Positions 50,252-63,688 of a stretch of 64,000 nt of DNA are shown in pieces. Made by a program: the position numbers and the translations under genes. The DNA lies in the NCBI GenBank assembly GCA_049724395.1, contig JAUGWO010000155.1:1-64000 (forward strand). The letters run 5' to 3'. How positions within the stretch are numbered: position 1 is the stretch's first letter; each line of letters opens with the position of its first letter. The notes below the pieces were generated by a model. The model saw only the letters and a list, made by a program, of their open reading frames with translations. It did no database searches and was not told where the DNA came from. This DNA is from Spongospora subterranea f. sp. subterranea. Taxonomy: Eukaryota.

Positions 50252-52608
50252 CTTTCCCAAGCTTCCTTTAGATTTGGCAGACCCTAAGAGCTCCTTCATC
50301 AATCGGCGATGCAACTGACGTTGTCGCGCCTCAATGACAGTTTCACTCGGAATGCCGCTGAGGATAGGTTTAGGGTCGTCCCTAACAAGTGACTGCAGAG
50401 ACTGCAGATGCAACTCCGGAAACATTTCCCGACGAACTAAAAACGAGAAATTTCATGAACATTGCCTTTGCACTCGCAGCCTGCGCTCTTGAGCCTCGAC
50501 CCATCTCTGATTGGCAGGATTGGAGAGCAAAAACCTCTTCATGATGCTGAAAAGAGTGCGGAGTCCGCGTTGATATTTTTATTTTCCTAGGACTTATCAG
50601 CCTCAGCGGCATTCCGAGTGAAATTGTTACTCGCCGTCAGTTGCATCGCCCATTGATGAAGGAGCTCTTAGAATCTGCCAAATCTAAAGGAAGCTTGGAA
50701 AAGATGACGTCAGAATTATGCGGAGTCCGTGGTGATATTTTTTTTCCTTTTGGGACTATCAGAATGTGATCCTTAATATTGAAAGGTGACGAAAAATTCC
50801 GAAATTGTGATTTTTTTGTGTGGTTTTTATTTTGTTAAGTACGGTACTTGGCAAAGCATGAGGAAAATGGAGTGTACAAGTCGCTGCTGGAAAATCAGAA
50901 AAGTTTGATTTTGAGTGATTCTGGATAACAAAATTGAAGTTTTTGTCGGTTTTATCGCATGTTTTCGACTTGGCGAATTTTGAAAAAATGCCCTGAAAAG
51001 TTAACAATAAAATCACAAATTTGGGCCCATTTTTCTCCACTTTTAATATTAAACCAAATCACGTTTTAGAACACGGTCTGGTGTTTTTTTTGTTTAGTAC
51101 GGGTATTCACATGGGGGTGCTACACAGGAGCAGAAATATAACACTGTTGCTGCGTTCGAAAAGTGCAATCAACAAGCCTCACGAGCAGACATCGATGTCT
51201 AAGGTTAATCGTGTCAGGTTCGACAATGAGGAGGATAGATGCAATCGATGATAATTAATGTCGTATCAATAGAATCAATGCTGCCCACCAGACTAACCTT
51301 GAAATTCCCACTGAATGGCGACCTCCAAAGGTTCATTGCGTTCTCAAATCCCCAAAGGAAACCGTTGACTGTTCTGCAGTTTACTCCAGTGCCGAAGCTA
51401 GTAAGATCAGTTGAATTATCTGTCGGAGATAACAAGTTCACGTTTCCAACCGCAATCGATGACGGTGCTGATTTTACTGTCATAGGGAACACAACACGTG
51501 GCAGGTTCTACAACTGCAGTCCAGGAATTCGATCAGGATCGCGAACATTGTCATTGGGCGACGGTTTTCCAGTTGATTCGCATCTTCTTGTATTGGTGGA
51601 AATAACAATTGTTACCAGTTACTGGAAGCGTCACCGTCAGACGATTTTGGGTGCACGTGCTCGACGCTGATATTCCCGATGTGCTATTAGGCCGACCGCT
51701 GCTATTGTGCCTTGGCATAGATGTGGAAAAACAGGTGTGTGATTAGGCCAACTTTTTTGTTAAACCATCGACGAACCGTCCAATCTAGAACATCAACTCG
51801 ACCAGAAGCTAGTTGTCGATGATGGTACTTCCCCTATTGTACAAACTCTGGCGTCGAAGGATATCTCTTCTGTGTTGGAAAAGATATGCGATGCAAGGAC
51901 CAACGGCGTTTCTGCTGTTTCTGTTGCCCAATAATGTTGTCTTCGGGCAGAGAGCCATCGTCTCCGTTAGATGCAATCTGGTCCCCCAACAGGTCGAAAG
52001 TTATACACGTCTTACTATCAACAGAAGATTTAGATGCTCATGTTGTTAAGCTAAGAAACAGTTTTGCCGATTTGCATCGTGAAGTCTCCCGTGTTCGAGA
52101 AGAAACACGACGACGACATATCCGACATCAGCGTGCCCCAAAGGCCAATTTTGCTGTAGGCGATTTTGTGCTTTACGCTATGCCACAACGTCAGTTGGGT
52201 GGCAAGCTAAACTTCAAATGGCTTGGACCTGCACGTAACAAAGGAGCAGTGTCCGAGTTTGTTTTTTTTTTAAGTAAAAGATCTAGTTACCAGACAAGTC
52301 TCTGATGTGCATTGGCAACGCCTCAAGTTTTATGCAGATTCATCTTTGAAGGTAACTACCGACCTGTTAGATCAAATAGCGCATGATAACACAGGCTTCG
52401 AAGTTCAAGAGATCATGGATGTTCGTAAGGAGAAAGACGGATCATGGGCTTTATTGATTAGGTGGTTTGGTTTCACCCAGGAATTTGATACCTGGGAACC
52501 ACTCGATCATTTGTTGGTTGAATGTCCGACTCATGTTAAGACTCTTCTCCAGAAAGACGACCGAAATTTCAAGACATTTTGGAGTTTCTCCAGATGAAAG
52601 GAGGGGAA

Positions 52609-52853
52609 TGAGACGGATCAGACCCGTCTGTTGTCCGGAATTTTCAGTTCAGATCCTGTTATCCACCGATCTAATCGTGTGAGTGTTGGCAACAGGCTCG
52701 TAATCCATTATGTGCCGGTTCCGCAGCCTAACCTGTGTTGGCGTCTCATGGATTACGAGCCTGTTGCCAACACACACACGATTAGATCGGTGGATAACAG
52801 GATCTGTATTAGAACTGAAAACTCTGAACAGCAGACGGGTCTGATTCGTCTAA
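52609..52853. repeat. Self-complementary LTR-like terminal repeat
   Basis: Arm 52609-~52708 is the reverse complement of ~52748-52853, with a ~40-bp loop. Confidence 0.85.
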
Positions 52854-53818
52854 GACGTTGCCGTCAACCATTAGCAAAAAAAAGCCTATACATGGACTTC
52901 TGATATCATTCCCTGCAAGGCGATGCTCCGGCGACCTCGCTGGATGTGTCGGAAAGAACTGGTTAACTACGATTGAATTGGCAGTCGACTCCATTCAACA
53001 TCGAAAACAAGCAGCGCCGGTGGATTGCCCATACGTTTGACATTTGCCGACAAAATCCATGGACAACGTTTAAGGAACATTTGGCCTCTCAAAACGACAA
53101 CGCAGTGTATGGCCATATGATGATGGGAAAATAAAAACAATTAGTGCCATCGCAGGGGGTCCAATGCCAATCCTGTAACCGCTACCAGGACTTCCCGCGA
53201 CCATTTGATGTCCTATCGACTTGTGACGAAGAAACCCACATCTGTGATTGTGTGTGTGTGTGTGTGACCAACACCCCGACTCGGTGTGTCGTTTCTTGTA
53301 TACACACACACACTGGTAACACATCAACCACGCGGCGACATAAGGTATCGTTCGGTGTGTAGTTGCTCTGTCGCCCACCGGTCTGGTCTAACTTGGGGAA
53401 ATCGTCTGATCTCTGTCGACGGGATTATTCGACTCTGTGTGGGACATGGCAGTCTGATAGGTCCAGAAGATGACATTGGTTCGACCGCCCCGATACTGTC
53501 TCTGTATATACAGTTATTGTGCGACCGATCTCGTCAATATCGCTTCATTCAGAGAAAGGCGCTGGAGCCTGGAACGACGCTGCCGCTTGAAGGAAGGCGC
53601 TGGAGACAGGCAAGACGCTGCCGTTTTCTTGACGCTGTAGCTTTTTGTTGACGGATTCCTGGACGGGATGTTCGGTGAGAGGTCGGAAAGACCTGGACGT
53701 GAGGTTCGGTGAGGGTTCCAAAGGCGTCGACGTGATATTCGGTGAGGGTCGAAAGGATAAAGACGATGCAGGAGAAGATGAATTACAAGAGGTTAAACTG
53801 AGCCCCAGTCCGGTGATC

Positions 53819-56800
53819 ATGGGAGAACAAGGGCATCTGGTTGTTGAGATGACGGAACACGAAGACTACTACTCGATGGATGTGGAGCAGATCGCTGAGC
53901 GGTTTCAGGTTGATCTGAAACAAGGACTGTCAACCGAAGCTGCGCGACTGAAACTGATAACGCATGGGAACAATGAGCTCAAAGGGCAGTCAAAGTCTGG
54001 TGTATTTCGGTTGCTATTCACTCAGATTGCCAATACTATGACTCTAGTGTTACTAGCGGCGATGATAATATCGTTTGTTGCCAAAGATTATGTTGAAGGT
54101 ACCGTCATTGTCCTTATTGTTGTCGCCAACACGGTTATCGGGTTTTTACAAGAATTCAAGGCCGAAAAGACTATGGATTCGTTAAGGAAAACGGCATTTC
54201 CCACTGCTCATGTAATTCGAGATGCCGTTCAAGTCAGAGTTTCCACGATTGACTTAGTTCCTGGTAATCTATGACCATCTACGGCTCCTGTAGTTATTGT
54301 TTTTCAACTCTCGATTTCCAGGCGACATTCTTCTTTTGAAAAATGGCGACTCTGTTGGGGCCGATGGTAGAATCTTCGAGTCGCAAATTCTTTCAATCGA
54401 CGAGGCGTTGTTGACTGGGGAAACACATCCTGTAGACAAAAATTCCCAACCAATCTCCGAGAGAGATGTTGTTATTGGTGATCAGATCAATATGGCATTT
54501 GCAAGTACGGTGGTGACCCAAGGTCGTGCAAAAGCAATCGTCGTTCGCACGGTGAGAGCATTCAGATACCCTTTGTGATTTTAGTACTTACAGATCTGAT
54601 CAGGGAATGGAAACTGAGATCGGCAAGATTGCTAAACACATACTGTCTAGTGAACATGGCAATCCCAAAACACCATTACAATGTTCTTTGGATAGAATGG
54701 CTTTGGTTTTGCTTTTTGTCGCGGCTGTTCTTGTCGTTGTTGTTTTTGGTGTGAACGGGTTTTCATACAATGAAGCCATAGCGTTATTTGCCATAGCTGT
54801 TGCTATTGCGGTCATTCCGGAAGGTTTCACAGCTCCTTGAAAACAATTTGCCATCTTCTTGAACCTTTTTTTCAGGTCTTACTGCCATAGTTACATTAAC
54901 AATGGCAATGGGCGTCCGAACTATGGCTAAGCAGCGTGTCTTGGTCCGGAAACTCAGTGCGCTTGAGGCGTTGGGAATGGTCACAAATATCTGCTCGGAC
55001 AAAACTGGAACTTTGACCCAGGCGAAAATGGCAGTGACGAGCGCTTGGATCCCGACAGATGTAACTTATTCTATAGAAGCTAACGGGTTTGATCCAAACG
55101 TTAACCAAATCACCCGTTTGTCCTCTAAATCTGACAACGCCGAACATACCAGCATTCCCGGTAAGAGTGCAATTGACAACGGGTTGGAACTTCTCGGGAA
55201 ATGCGCATCACTATGCAATATGGCCGAGATCAGGCACGATACTGCTAAGGATCAATGGAACGGGATCGGCGATCCGACTGAAATTGCCCTGCAAGTATTC
55301 GCCTCCAAGCTGAATTTGGGAAAGCCGCAATTGGTGGCGCCCGGCGTTGGATATTCGTTATGGGTTGAACACGTTTTCGATTCATTATCTAAACGGATGG
55401 CTGTTATCTTCAAAAATCCCATCGACGGATCCGGCGTTGTTTTTGCAAAGGGGTCCACTGAACGGATATTAGAAAGGTGCAAATTCGTCAGAAAAGGGTC
55501 TGATACTGTTGGGACTACTTTGGCAGAATTAGAACGGATGGTTAACCCAATATTAGCGGAATTCGCCGGTAATGGGAAACGAATCATATCACTCGCGATG
55601 CGCTATCTTCCTGATATAACATCAATCGACGCCGCTCGTGAACTTTCCAGGGAAAGCGTCGAATCTGATCTTGTGTTTCTGGGTCTTCTCGGTCTCGATG
55701 ATCCTCCTCGTCCCGAGAGTAAACCCAGTATCGAGCAATGCCATTTAGCTGGTATCACAGTGCACATTTTAACAGGTGATCACCCCCTAACTGCTCTGGC
55801 AATCGCTCGTCAGGTCGGTATCAATCTTCCTCCAGATCACAAGTTGATTACATCTGCGGAATTCGATGGGATGACCGATCAACAAATAGGTCGGTTTTTT
55901 TTTCAATCATTTTTTATCATGGGGCCTTTCTACAGCGTCGTTTGTTTCAGATGATCTAGCTGCGTTGCCACCCGTAATTGCACGCTGCAGTCCACAAACG
56001 AAGGTTCGCATGATTCAAGCACTTCATCGAAGGGGATGCATCGTAGCGATGACTGGCGATGGCGTTAACGACTCACCTAGCTTGAAATTCGCGGATATTG
56101 GAGTTGCGATGGGGCAAGCCGGATCGGATGTCGCCAAGCAAGCGTCTGATATAGTTCTCACGGACGACAACTTCGCCAGTATTGTTGGAGCTATTGCTCA
56201 AGGCCGTCGAATATTCCGCAATATCCAGCGATTCGTATCTTCGCTGATCGGCGGCAACGTCGCTGAGCTTGTCGCTTTGATAATCGGTCTAGTTCTTTTT
56301 CGGGATGATGATGGGTTTCCTGTGTTCCCAATGTCTCCTGTACAAATCCTGGTTAACAATATGGTATACGCCATCGTTCATTGTGTTTTGCGCTTTGTTA
56401 TCCATTTCCGTTTTCGTTTCAGGTAACTGGCACCCCAGCAGCGTTGGCGTTGTCCATGGAGAAGGCGGGCCCGGGCGCTATGAAGAGGCCACCCCGTCCC
56501 TCCAAAATGGGACTGTTTGACGGCGAACTCATCGGCGACATCCTGTTTTATGGGCTTGTTGTAGGCTTGATCTCTTTCTTTAACTTCGTCATTGTCGTGG
56601 TCTTCATCGGGGATGGGAACTTTGGAAGGGACTGCTCTCATTCCTATAACGACACATGCTTCGACGTGTTTCGAGGTCGGGGCGTTTGTTTCGCAACGCT
56701 AACCACGATCCTGTTATTGCACACATACAATTGTCGAGATATTCGCGGCTCTGTCTGGAATATTGACGGCATTAGCAGGGCATTCGAGAACGTTTATATC

Positions 56801-56992
56801 CCATATTCCGTCTGTACTGGAATGGCTGTCGTTTTCATATCTCTGTATGTTCCGTACCTGAACCAAGAGGTTTTCAAGCACTCTGGCTTCGATATTGAGT
56901 GGCTGCTTGTTATTGCTTCTACGCTGGTCTTCATCGCCATATCCGAAGCGTACAAGTTCGGCAAGCGGCGATTTCTACAGCCCCTCCGCTAA
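53819..56992 (+). CDS. P-type ATPase, type IID (ENA Na+/K+ efflux), multi-exon; ORF open upstream to ~53645
   Basis: DEALLTGET; VIPEGL; RKLSALEALGMVTNICSDKTGTLTQ; GDPTEIALQVFA; LTGDH; MTGDGVNDSPSLK. These last motifs resemble fungal ENA ATPases. Confidence 0.9.
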
Positions 56993-57748
56993 AACCAACT
57001 CTAGTAGCCCCCCTCATCACCACTGCCTGGAAAAGTCAGCGATGTTCTCTGTCAAGAATACCATAATTATTCGATAAAAAATATTTCCAGTTTTGTTCAG
57101 ATATTCTTGACTCCAAATGGATTCGTCTCTACGCGAGAGACTAGAAACTGCCCCCAAAATAATTTGAAAACACAAAATTCATTTTTTTTGTGCTTCTCGT
57201 TTGGCCTTTGCCGCAGCGATTTTGGCATCCATCGCCTGAAAACGAGATATGAGATATGTCCATGGATCCTATCGAGTTATGAGCTCCAGCACCATCTTCT
57301 TGTTCGGGAACTTGCGATTCTTATGGTGTAAGCGGGTCGCCTGGCCACTCGCAATCGCGGCCGCCGTTGCCTGCTCGGCCGTTTCTTCACAGGCGTCTGC
57401 CAGCTTCTGGGCAACGGCTTTGTCTCTGGCGCTCATGGGTTCGCCGCCTTCGCCACCTAGAGCGGATCAGAGTTCTGCGCGGTGGCGGTTGACTCCTGAA
57501 TCGAACCCATGGGCGAAAAACGGCTCTCGAATTGAAAATTCCGGCAATGTGCCAGAACCCACCAGAAACAGTCTCTAGGATTGACGAACGAAGCGGAAAA
57601 CTGGTTTAGCATAAAATATATTAAAATCACAGCAGTGTCAGGGTCGGATAATTAGATCCCCAGAACATCCAATTGGAACAGAACGGCCTTGAGCGTATAA
57701 TGAAGGACCTGGAATTTAAATAATAAGAAGAACAGTTATCAAATTATA

Positions 57749-58937
57749 TCAAAGTGCACCGGTTTCGTCTACGAAGGCGCTTCCGAAACACACGCCAGTC
57801 GAGCTGTAAAACACGGAAGTTTGCCCAGGTGTGACGGCTCGATGAAGATCGCGCATCGCCACCTCGAAACGGCCGTCGCTGAGACGTCGTAAAGAGCAGC
57901 GGCCGAGCTCGGATCGATACCGGACGGACAGAAGACATTGGAAACCATCTCGGGTATCAACTTCGGCGGGCAGATCGCCGTCGATCCAGTTTAGATGCGA
58001 ACAGATTATGGTTTCACAGAACAGATCGGGATGCGATCGCCCTGGGACGACGTGAATATTATCGCCATCCTTTCGGCTGACAAAATGGGCCTCGGTCAGC
58101 CCGCTGATTCTGGCTCGCTGCCCAATCGTATAGAACATCTGGCCTTGGTGCTGGCGCCCAATCGGCCGGCCATCAGCGTCGACGAACCTGCCGGGTGTCT
58201 CCGCGACGAACTGGCGAAGGAATTCGGGAAAACGTCTTCGTTTGCCGACGAAACAGAGACCGGTCGAGGTGGGGCGATTCGCAGTGATCAACTTCTCCTG
58301 GATGGCGACCTCTCGAACAGCCGCTTTAGAAAGATGTCCAACGGGAAAGAGAACGTTGGTAAAATTCTGCCTCGGAACTTGGGCGAGAAAATAGGATTGG
58401 TCAACGGAAGTATCAGCGCCACGAACCAGGGTCGGGCCAGGGAAGATTCTGGCGAAATGACCAGTGGCGACAGAATGGGCACCGAGTTCATCTGTACAGT
58501 ATTGACGGAACAAGGAGAATTTAACCTTGGCATTGCACGTGACGTCGGGATTTGGTGTAAATCCCTGTTGTAGACCGGTGATGAACTCGGTGAATACCGA
58601 CGACCAATACTCCTTCTGGAACGCGACACGGTGGAACGGGATCCGTAATTGCCGACAGACCTCCTCTGCGATCTCAGCATCGCGTCGACCCTCGCACTGA
58701 TTGCCGTCCTCGATATCGTGGGACCAGTTCGTCATGTGCACGCCGATCACATTATACCCTTCCCGCTTCAGCAATACCTATCAGGTCATCTCGTCAATAA
58801 CCGCACCGCTCGCCGAGCTGAACCAAAAAACACCCGACCGCCGATGCTGATGAATCGACACCGCCTGATATTCCCACAGCCACAGTATGGATATTCCTAA
58901 AATCCGACCAGCGATTCCTGAGTCGATGGCGTAACAT
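57749..58937 (-). CDS. TRMU: Mitochondrial tRNA 2-thiouridylase MnmA/TRMU/Mtu1 (one intron near 58780-58840)
   Basis: VAVGISGGVDSS; TPNPDVTCNAKVKF; ATGHFA; DQSYFL; STGLCFVG; YTIGQR; RAVTPGQ. Confidence 0.95.
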
Positions 58938-60030
58938 TGCCGGGGGCTGTACGACCCCGTTGCTCAGCTCTCGCCAGACCCCACAGTGTCAGTGTGACTA
59001 TCAGAGTCCGAGGACATTACGGACTATGTACAAGAGCGGGTCCCTGGCCGAACCCAGACCGACAAAATTGACAATTGAATTGTTACCCTGCATCTCACCC
59101 ATTCTTTTCGAGGAACTTCCCCGCCTTGATCGTTCGAACATTGTTTCGGTCAAGTACTTGAGCGTCACCTTCTAGCGCGTCCCCATTCTCGCAGTCATTG
59201 CGGTGAAAGCCAAATTGTCGTTCAATTTTCTACCTCATTGACCCGTTGGGGAAAATACGATCGTTTATATCAAGACCACTGAAATAAGAATAATTCCACC
59301 GCGACGGCGCTGGACGCCTCAGATCTCCGTGATCGAGTTCCCACCGCAGTGGCTAAATACATGAAATTTGGTGGTGGCCATTGGTTATTTTTTGAAGCCA
59401 TGGATTCTGTGAGGTGTCTCTCTTGGCTGGAGAATAGCGAATTTCAAAGGAGGTCGTAGTGCCGGCCGGCGATCTTCAAAATGCATCTCCTTATGCAAGG
59501 CGTAATCGTTGACGCAGCGCGTGGAGCCGACCAAACCAGGTTTCACTTTCGGCACAAGATCGCTACCAAATTCCATTGTATTGTCACTGTCGACAATTTT
59601 CCATCTAGTGTTGACCGAAACGCTAACTCTTGCACGAACAATTTTATCAGCGCAATGCCAAAAGTGGTCAACAAGTTTGTTTCGAACGAAACACCCGTCT
59701 ACGGGGGTTGATTGGTTCGGAGCGCTCAAAATCATCACGAGCTGGGCGCCCGGCTATCGGCAAGACGGCTACCAAAAACTTTTGAGATTTGATTAAACTT
59801 TTGCTCACGAAGACCTGATCGGACGCCTCATTTGTGCTTGAGCGCAGCTAAAACGTTTTCAGGGCGATTTCCGATGAAAAACTCATATTTTGACAGATTC
59901 TCTACCATAACCAGAAAACCCAAACATTACAATCAAGTTACAAATCCAGAAAACTCTAGAGGGACTTGACTCAGTAGGATCAGTACGAACACATAGTGCC
60001 ATAAATAATATATTTTACTAACTTAACGCT

Positions 60031-61833
60031 TCAATTTCCATCGTGCGACATTAGCGCCGATTGCGGTCCGGAATCATAACGCGCCCTGGCAATCTTCGCC
60101 GCCATGGTCTTGTAATTGTCACCAGCCGACACTTCAATCGGGGTCGATGTGGCGTTACAGCCTAACCCGGCCCTTTCAGAGCGAATCTGAGCCTGAATAC
60201 AGACGAGGAAATGCGTCCAGCTTAGATCGATGCTGATATACAAGTCGTTTCGCCGGGGCAAAACCGAAACACTACCGTCACGTTCTCTGTTATGCCGAGG
60301 CCGTGCTTGCCCAGCCCGTCTCCTTGCTTCCAACCCATGGACTGCAGCAGGCGATTGCCGACATTAGCTTCACTGAACGGTTCAGGCGGCGCTTCAACAA
60401 CGGGTGCCGGTGCCGGTGCGACCGAAGTTGGACTATAAGTGACAATGCATTAAAGATGGCAAAATCATCAAAATGAACTTCGTCGAGTACGACAAACCCA
60501 ACCGCTTCAAGACTGGAGGTCTTTTCTTGATAACGACTGGATTGGATTTTGGTTGTAAATTGATCCCAAGCGAAGCGGCACTCTGCTCCAGACGCTGGAC
60601 TTGCGTATATTCATCTAGATTGAGGTTCTGTTTGTGTAATTCTGAACTTAACTCGTGTTTCGTAAGCTGCCTTTCGTCTTTGAATTTTCTTTGGCATAAA
60701 AGGCATACCAACTTTTCCATGCTAACGTACAGCCTGGGACGAATTCCACCCTGAACATGAATTTCAGACTTCGGGACTGACGTTGTTGGAAGAGACTTGA
60801 TCTTGATAGGGGCAATAGGCTTTTTGACTTCTACTAGCTCATCCGCTACTAATTCTCCCTTTTTCTTATTCCATCGATCCATATCCTTAGATTGTTTCTT
60901 GCCCAAAATTGAAAATTTTACCGAAGCGGGAGCAGGCTTGGATGCAGGTACATTAGTAGCAGTTTGCAATGGAACTTCGGGTTTGGGGGTGGACGGTTGC
61001 GAAGGAGGCGGAGCGTTTTCCTGTGGCTCAGTTGGATTAACTGCTTTAGGAGGTGGATTACTTGAAGCAAATGACGAGGCGTCCACATGAATATATGTGT
61101 TCAATTTTGTGTCAAATCGATAATAGGATTGGCTAGCGCAATTATAGAACAATTGTGAGACAGGATCATAATAAACCTGGGACTCAGCATGGAAGTACAA
61201 GCCCGAGCTGGGATCCAGAATAAAACCTGCTGGAGACTGCTGACTAGAGTGTTGCTTCTGAGCGTTTCCAGCGGCCCAATCAATTTGCTGCTGCATCTCA
61301 CGGTACGAAATAGAATTGGATGAGCGCCGATGATTAGATGAAGATGAATCGCGTTTCGCCCATGAAACAGAAACTGGATATTCTTCAACTAACATTGGGG
61401 AACTTGGGTCTTGACAAGCGTCATAGGCTCGAGCCGCATCACGGCTAGAGAAAAATTTTACCCAGGATACTCCAATGCTCAATTTTGTAACCTATATGTA
61501 ATAACATTATCGATTTGCGATTATCCGGAGTGGCGTTATATAATTGGCAAATAATGAAGCTAAAGGAGAAAATAACTGGATTCTGAAGACAGCACCAACT
61601 TCATCGGTGACAAGAGACACTCGCTTCAAGCTGCCGAAAGGTACGAACGCCTGTCGTACTGTTTCCTCTGTTGCATCCTTGGACAATCCGGTGACGACCA
61701 GCGTGTCATGATAGAAACCGTCGTCGTGGCGATGATGGCGGTGGCGCGAGCCACGTGGCGATCTCGAGCTAGAACGAGATCGGCGTTTGCGCGAACCCGA
61801 GCTGCGCTCTTCGGCGTAATCCTGTTCCGTCAT
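60031..61833 (-). CDS. RBM5/RBM10-like splicing regulator (RRM, OCRE, C2H2 finger, G-patch), multi-exon
   Basis: RS-rich start; RRM; aromatic OCRE repeats (DPSSGLYF..YYDPVSQLFYN); CLLCQRKF..HELSSELH; G-patch NVGNRLLQSMGWKQGDGLGK. Confidence 0.85.
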
Positions 61834-62111
61834 TCCTTGCAGCCGACGATCGATCGCTCGTTCAACAACACCCTAACCGATAGTACACACGATCGGTTTT
61901 GAATCGAATACTATCCCCCGATGACTGGGTGGAGTGAGGAGGAAGCGGCCGCGCGGCCTTACGGTCTTTTCCCGGTAATGCGCGCGGCCATGAACACACT
62001 GCCCCACAGTCGACAAGTCCGACTACGCGATACACATCCGTACAGTAGCTGTCGATAGTCGCTCCATCTTAGGGTTTAGGGTTGGTAAAGGGTTTCAGAG
62101 TCTGCTAGAGT

Positions 62112-63518
62112 ATGAGAACAAGAGCGTTCAGATCGACTGTTGTTGATTACATCCCAGACAATATTGTTTTTTGATATGTTTTTATGCTCTCCTTTATGGT
62201 GTTTCGATATTGATAATTCCAGGATTGAACTCTCACCAACATCGCAGACCGATGCACCTTACGCGCACTTGCTCATCAAATCCATGTTTGACTGATAAAA
62301 CTGTTGCCAGCAATTGCCTTGCTGAGGAATTGTGGTGCAGAATTCGCCATCAAGGTGTGGACAAGAGGATGTAGCAACAATATGCCTCGTACCGTTCTTC
62401 AGGAAAGAGGATTTCCCTGATCATAAGGAAGCCGATCATTCAGTTCGCTGCCAGTACGCGCACAGACAAAAACACAAAACAGGATTCGATACTGTGCAAG
62501 AGTCGCGGGCGCTTCCCGGGTTATTATCGACGTACATCCGGTATTCGTTATCCAGAACCTTTTGTTTCCGTCAATTATATTTCAGCGTCAACCATATTCT
62601 ACGATCTGGTTTCAGGTTCTATCTTCCTATATACCAACATTTTTTCAACAATTCTGTTCCCATCTGTTCAAAATGGCAAACCTAAAATGGGCGCCAGTAG
62701 CAAATCATTCTTTCGGTAGCAAATCAGTCTTTGAAACAAAACTGCCGTCTTTCCCTTGGCAGTGGGTTGGACTTCATGTTAACGTCAGAGTGATCAGCAG
62801 CTTCTTTATTATAAATACAAATGCGTTTTGCCCAGATGGGCAACGATCGCAGAAAGACACAATAGATGACGAATTGTAATTGATTGTCGGGATAGAATTC
62901 TGGTGCCGTCAACGTGGAAAGTTAGCGATACACTGCAGTTACAATGACTGGTTTTGCCGGCCGTCGGCCGATCCGCCGAAGTCCGTCCACTCACGAAACA
63001 GGCAGCATTGCAACTTTCTTGTCCAACGAAGCAGCCGATTTCACCGTCCCAGCAACTGCTGATCGTTTAGCTGATGATCCTCAAAGTCGAGTTTTGCACA
63101 GGATGCGGATATGCTCACAGGTCTCAGTTGTGAACCTTACCAAAGTTTGTTGTCGCTGATCACCTTGTTGTCGGTCAAGGTTTGCTGAGCTCGCTTCAAC
63201 CATTGTCGAACGACACCCGGAAATCGAAATCATTGCGAACCACATACCTCCCCGAATGAGTTAGAGAGTCAAGAATCACTCGTATAACGTATCTGACGGA
63301 TTTCAATAGAGTCGTTTGAAATCATCTGCGATGATGTTCTCATATATTCTAAGCTAGAGTCTGGGCAATTCCCGACAATAGAAGACGTGGAAATGGGAAT
63401 GTCCAGATTGCAATCAGCTTATGAACTTCGCAAGTGGAGGCAACTAGCAATTGCAGCTCTATCTGCAGTCGTAATATGCTCTGCTGTTGTACTTTTTCGT
63501 CGCCCACTACGATCATGA
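62112..63518 (+). CDS. Hypothetical multi-exon protein with C-terminal transmembrane helix (tail-anchored-like); exon structure unresolved
   Basis: Last exon ELRKWRQLAIAALSAVVICSAVVLFRRPLRS*, followed by AATAAA. Upstream exons are guesses. Confidence 0.35.
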
Positions 63519-63688
63519 GTAAAAACTTTTTTTATTTATTCAATAAAAGAGGTTTAATCAATTAGAATCATGAGCGGTATCCCGGGAAGATGTTGTTAGT
63601 CTCAGTTGTGAAGCCGCCACGATTTATGTTTTAGTTGTAATGATGTTCAAAAGAATTTCACCTCGGACAAACGGGTCAGGTTCCTCGA

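Larger units (their letters stand above)
46858..52853 (+). mobile_element. Decayed chromodomain Ty3/Gypsy element A with nested insertions
   Basis: LTR-like sequence TGAGACGGATCAGACCCG at 46858 and 52609. Protease TAIDDGADFTVIG (~51450), integrase tail, chromodomain ORF 52307..52597, polypurine tract 52596-52608. GACGT at 46853-46857 and 52854-52858. Confidence 0.7.

Noticed and set aside
46858..52853. DIRS-like element (inverted termini plus internal complementary region)
   Set aside because: No tyrosine recombinase is visible; a PPT, chromodomain-integrase tail and apparent 5-bp TSD fit Ty3/Gypsy instead.
53245..53315. (TG)n...(CA)n inverted microsatellites upstream of the ATPase
   Set aside because: Simple repeats pair by chance; no evidence of function.
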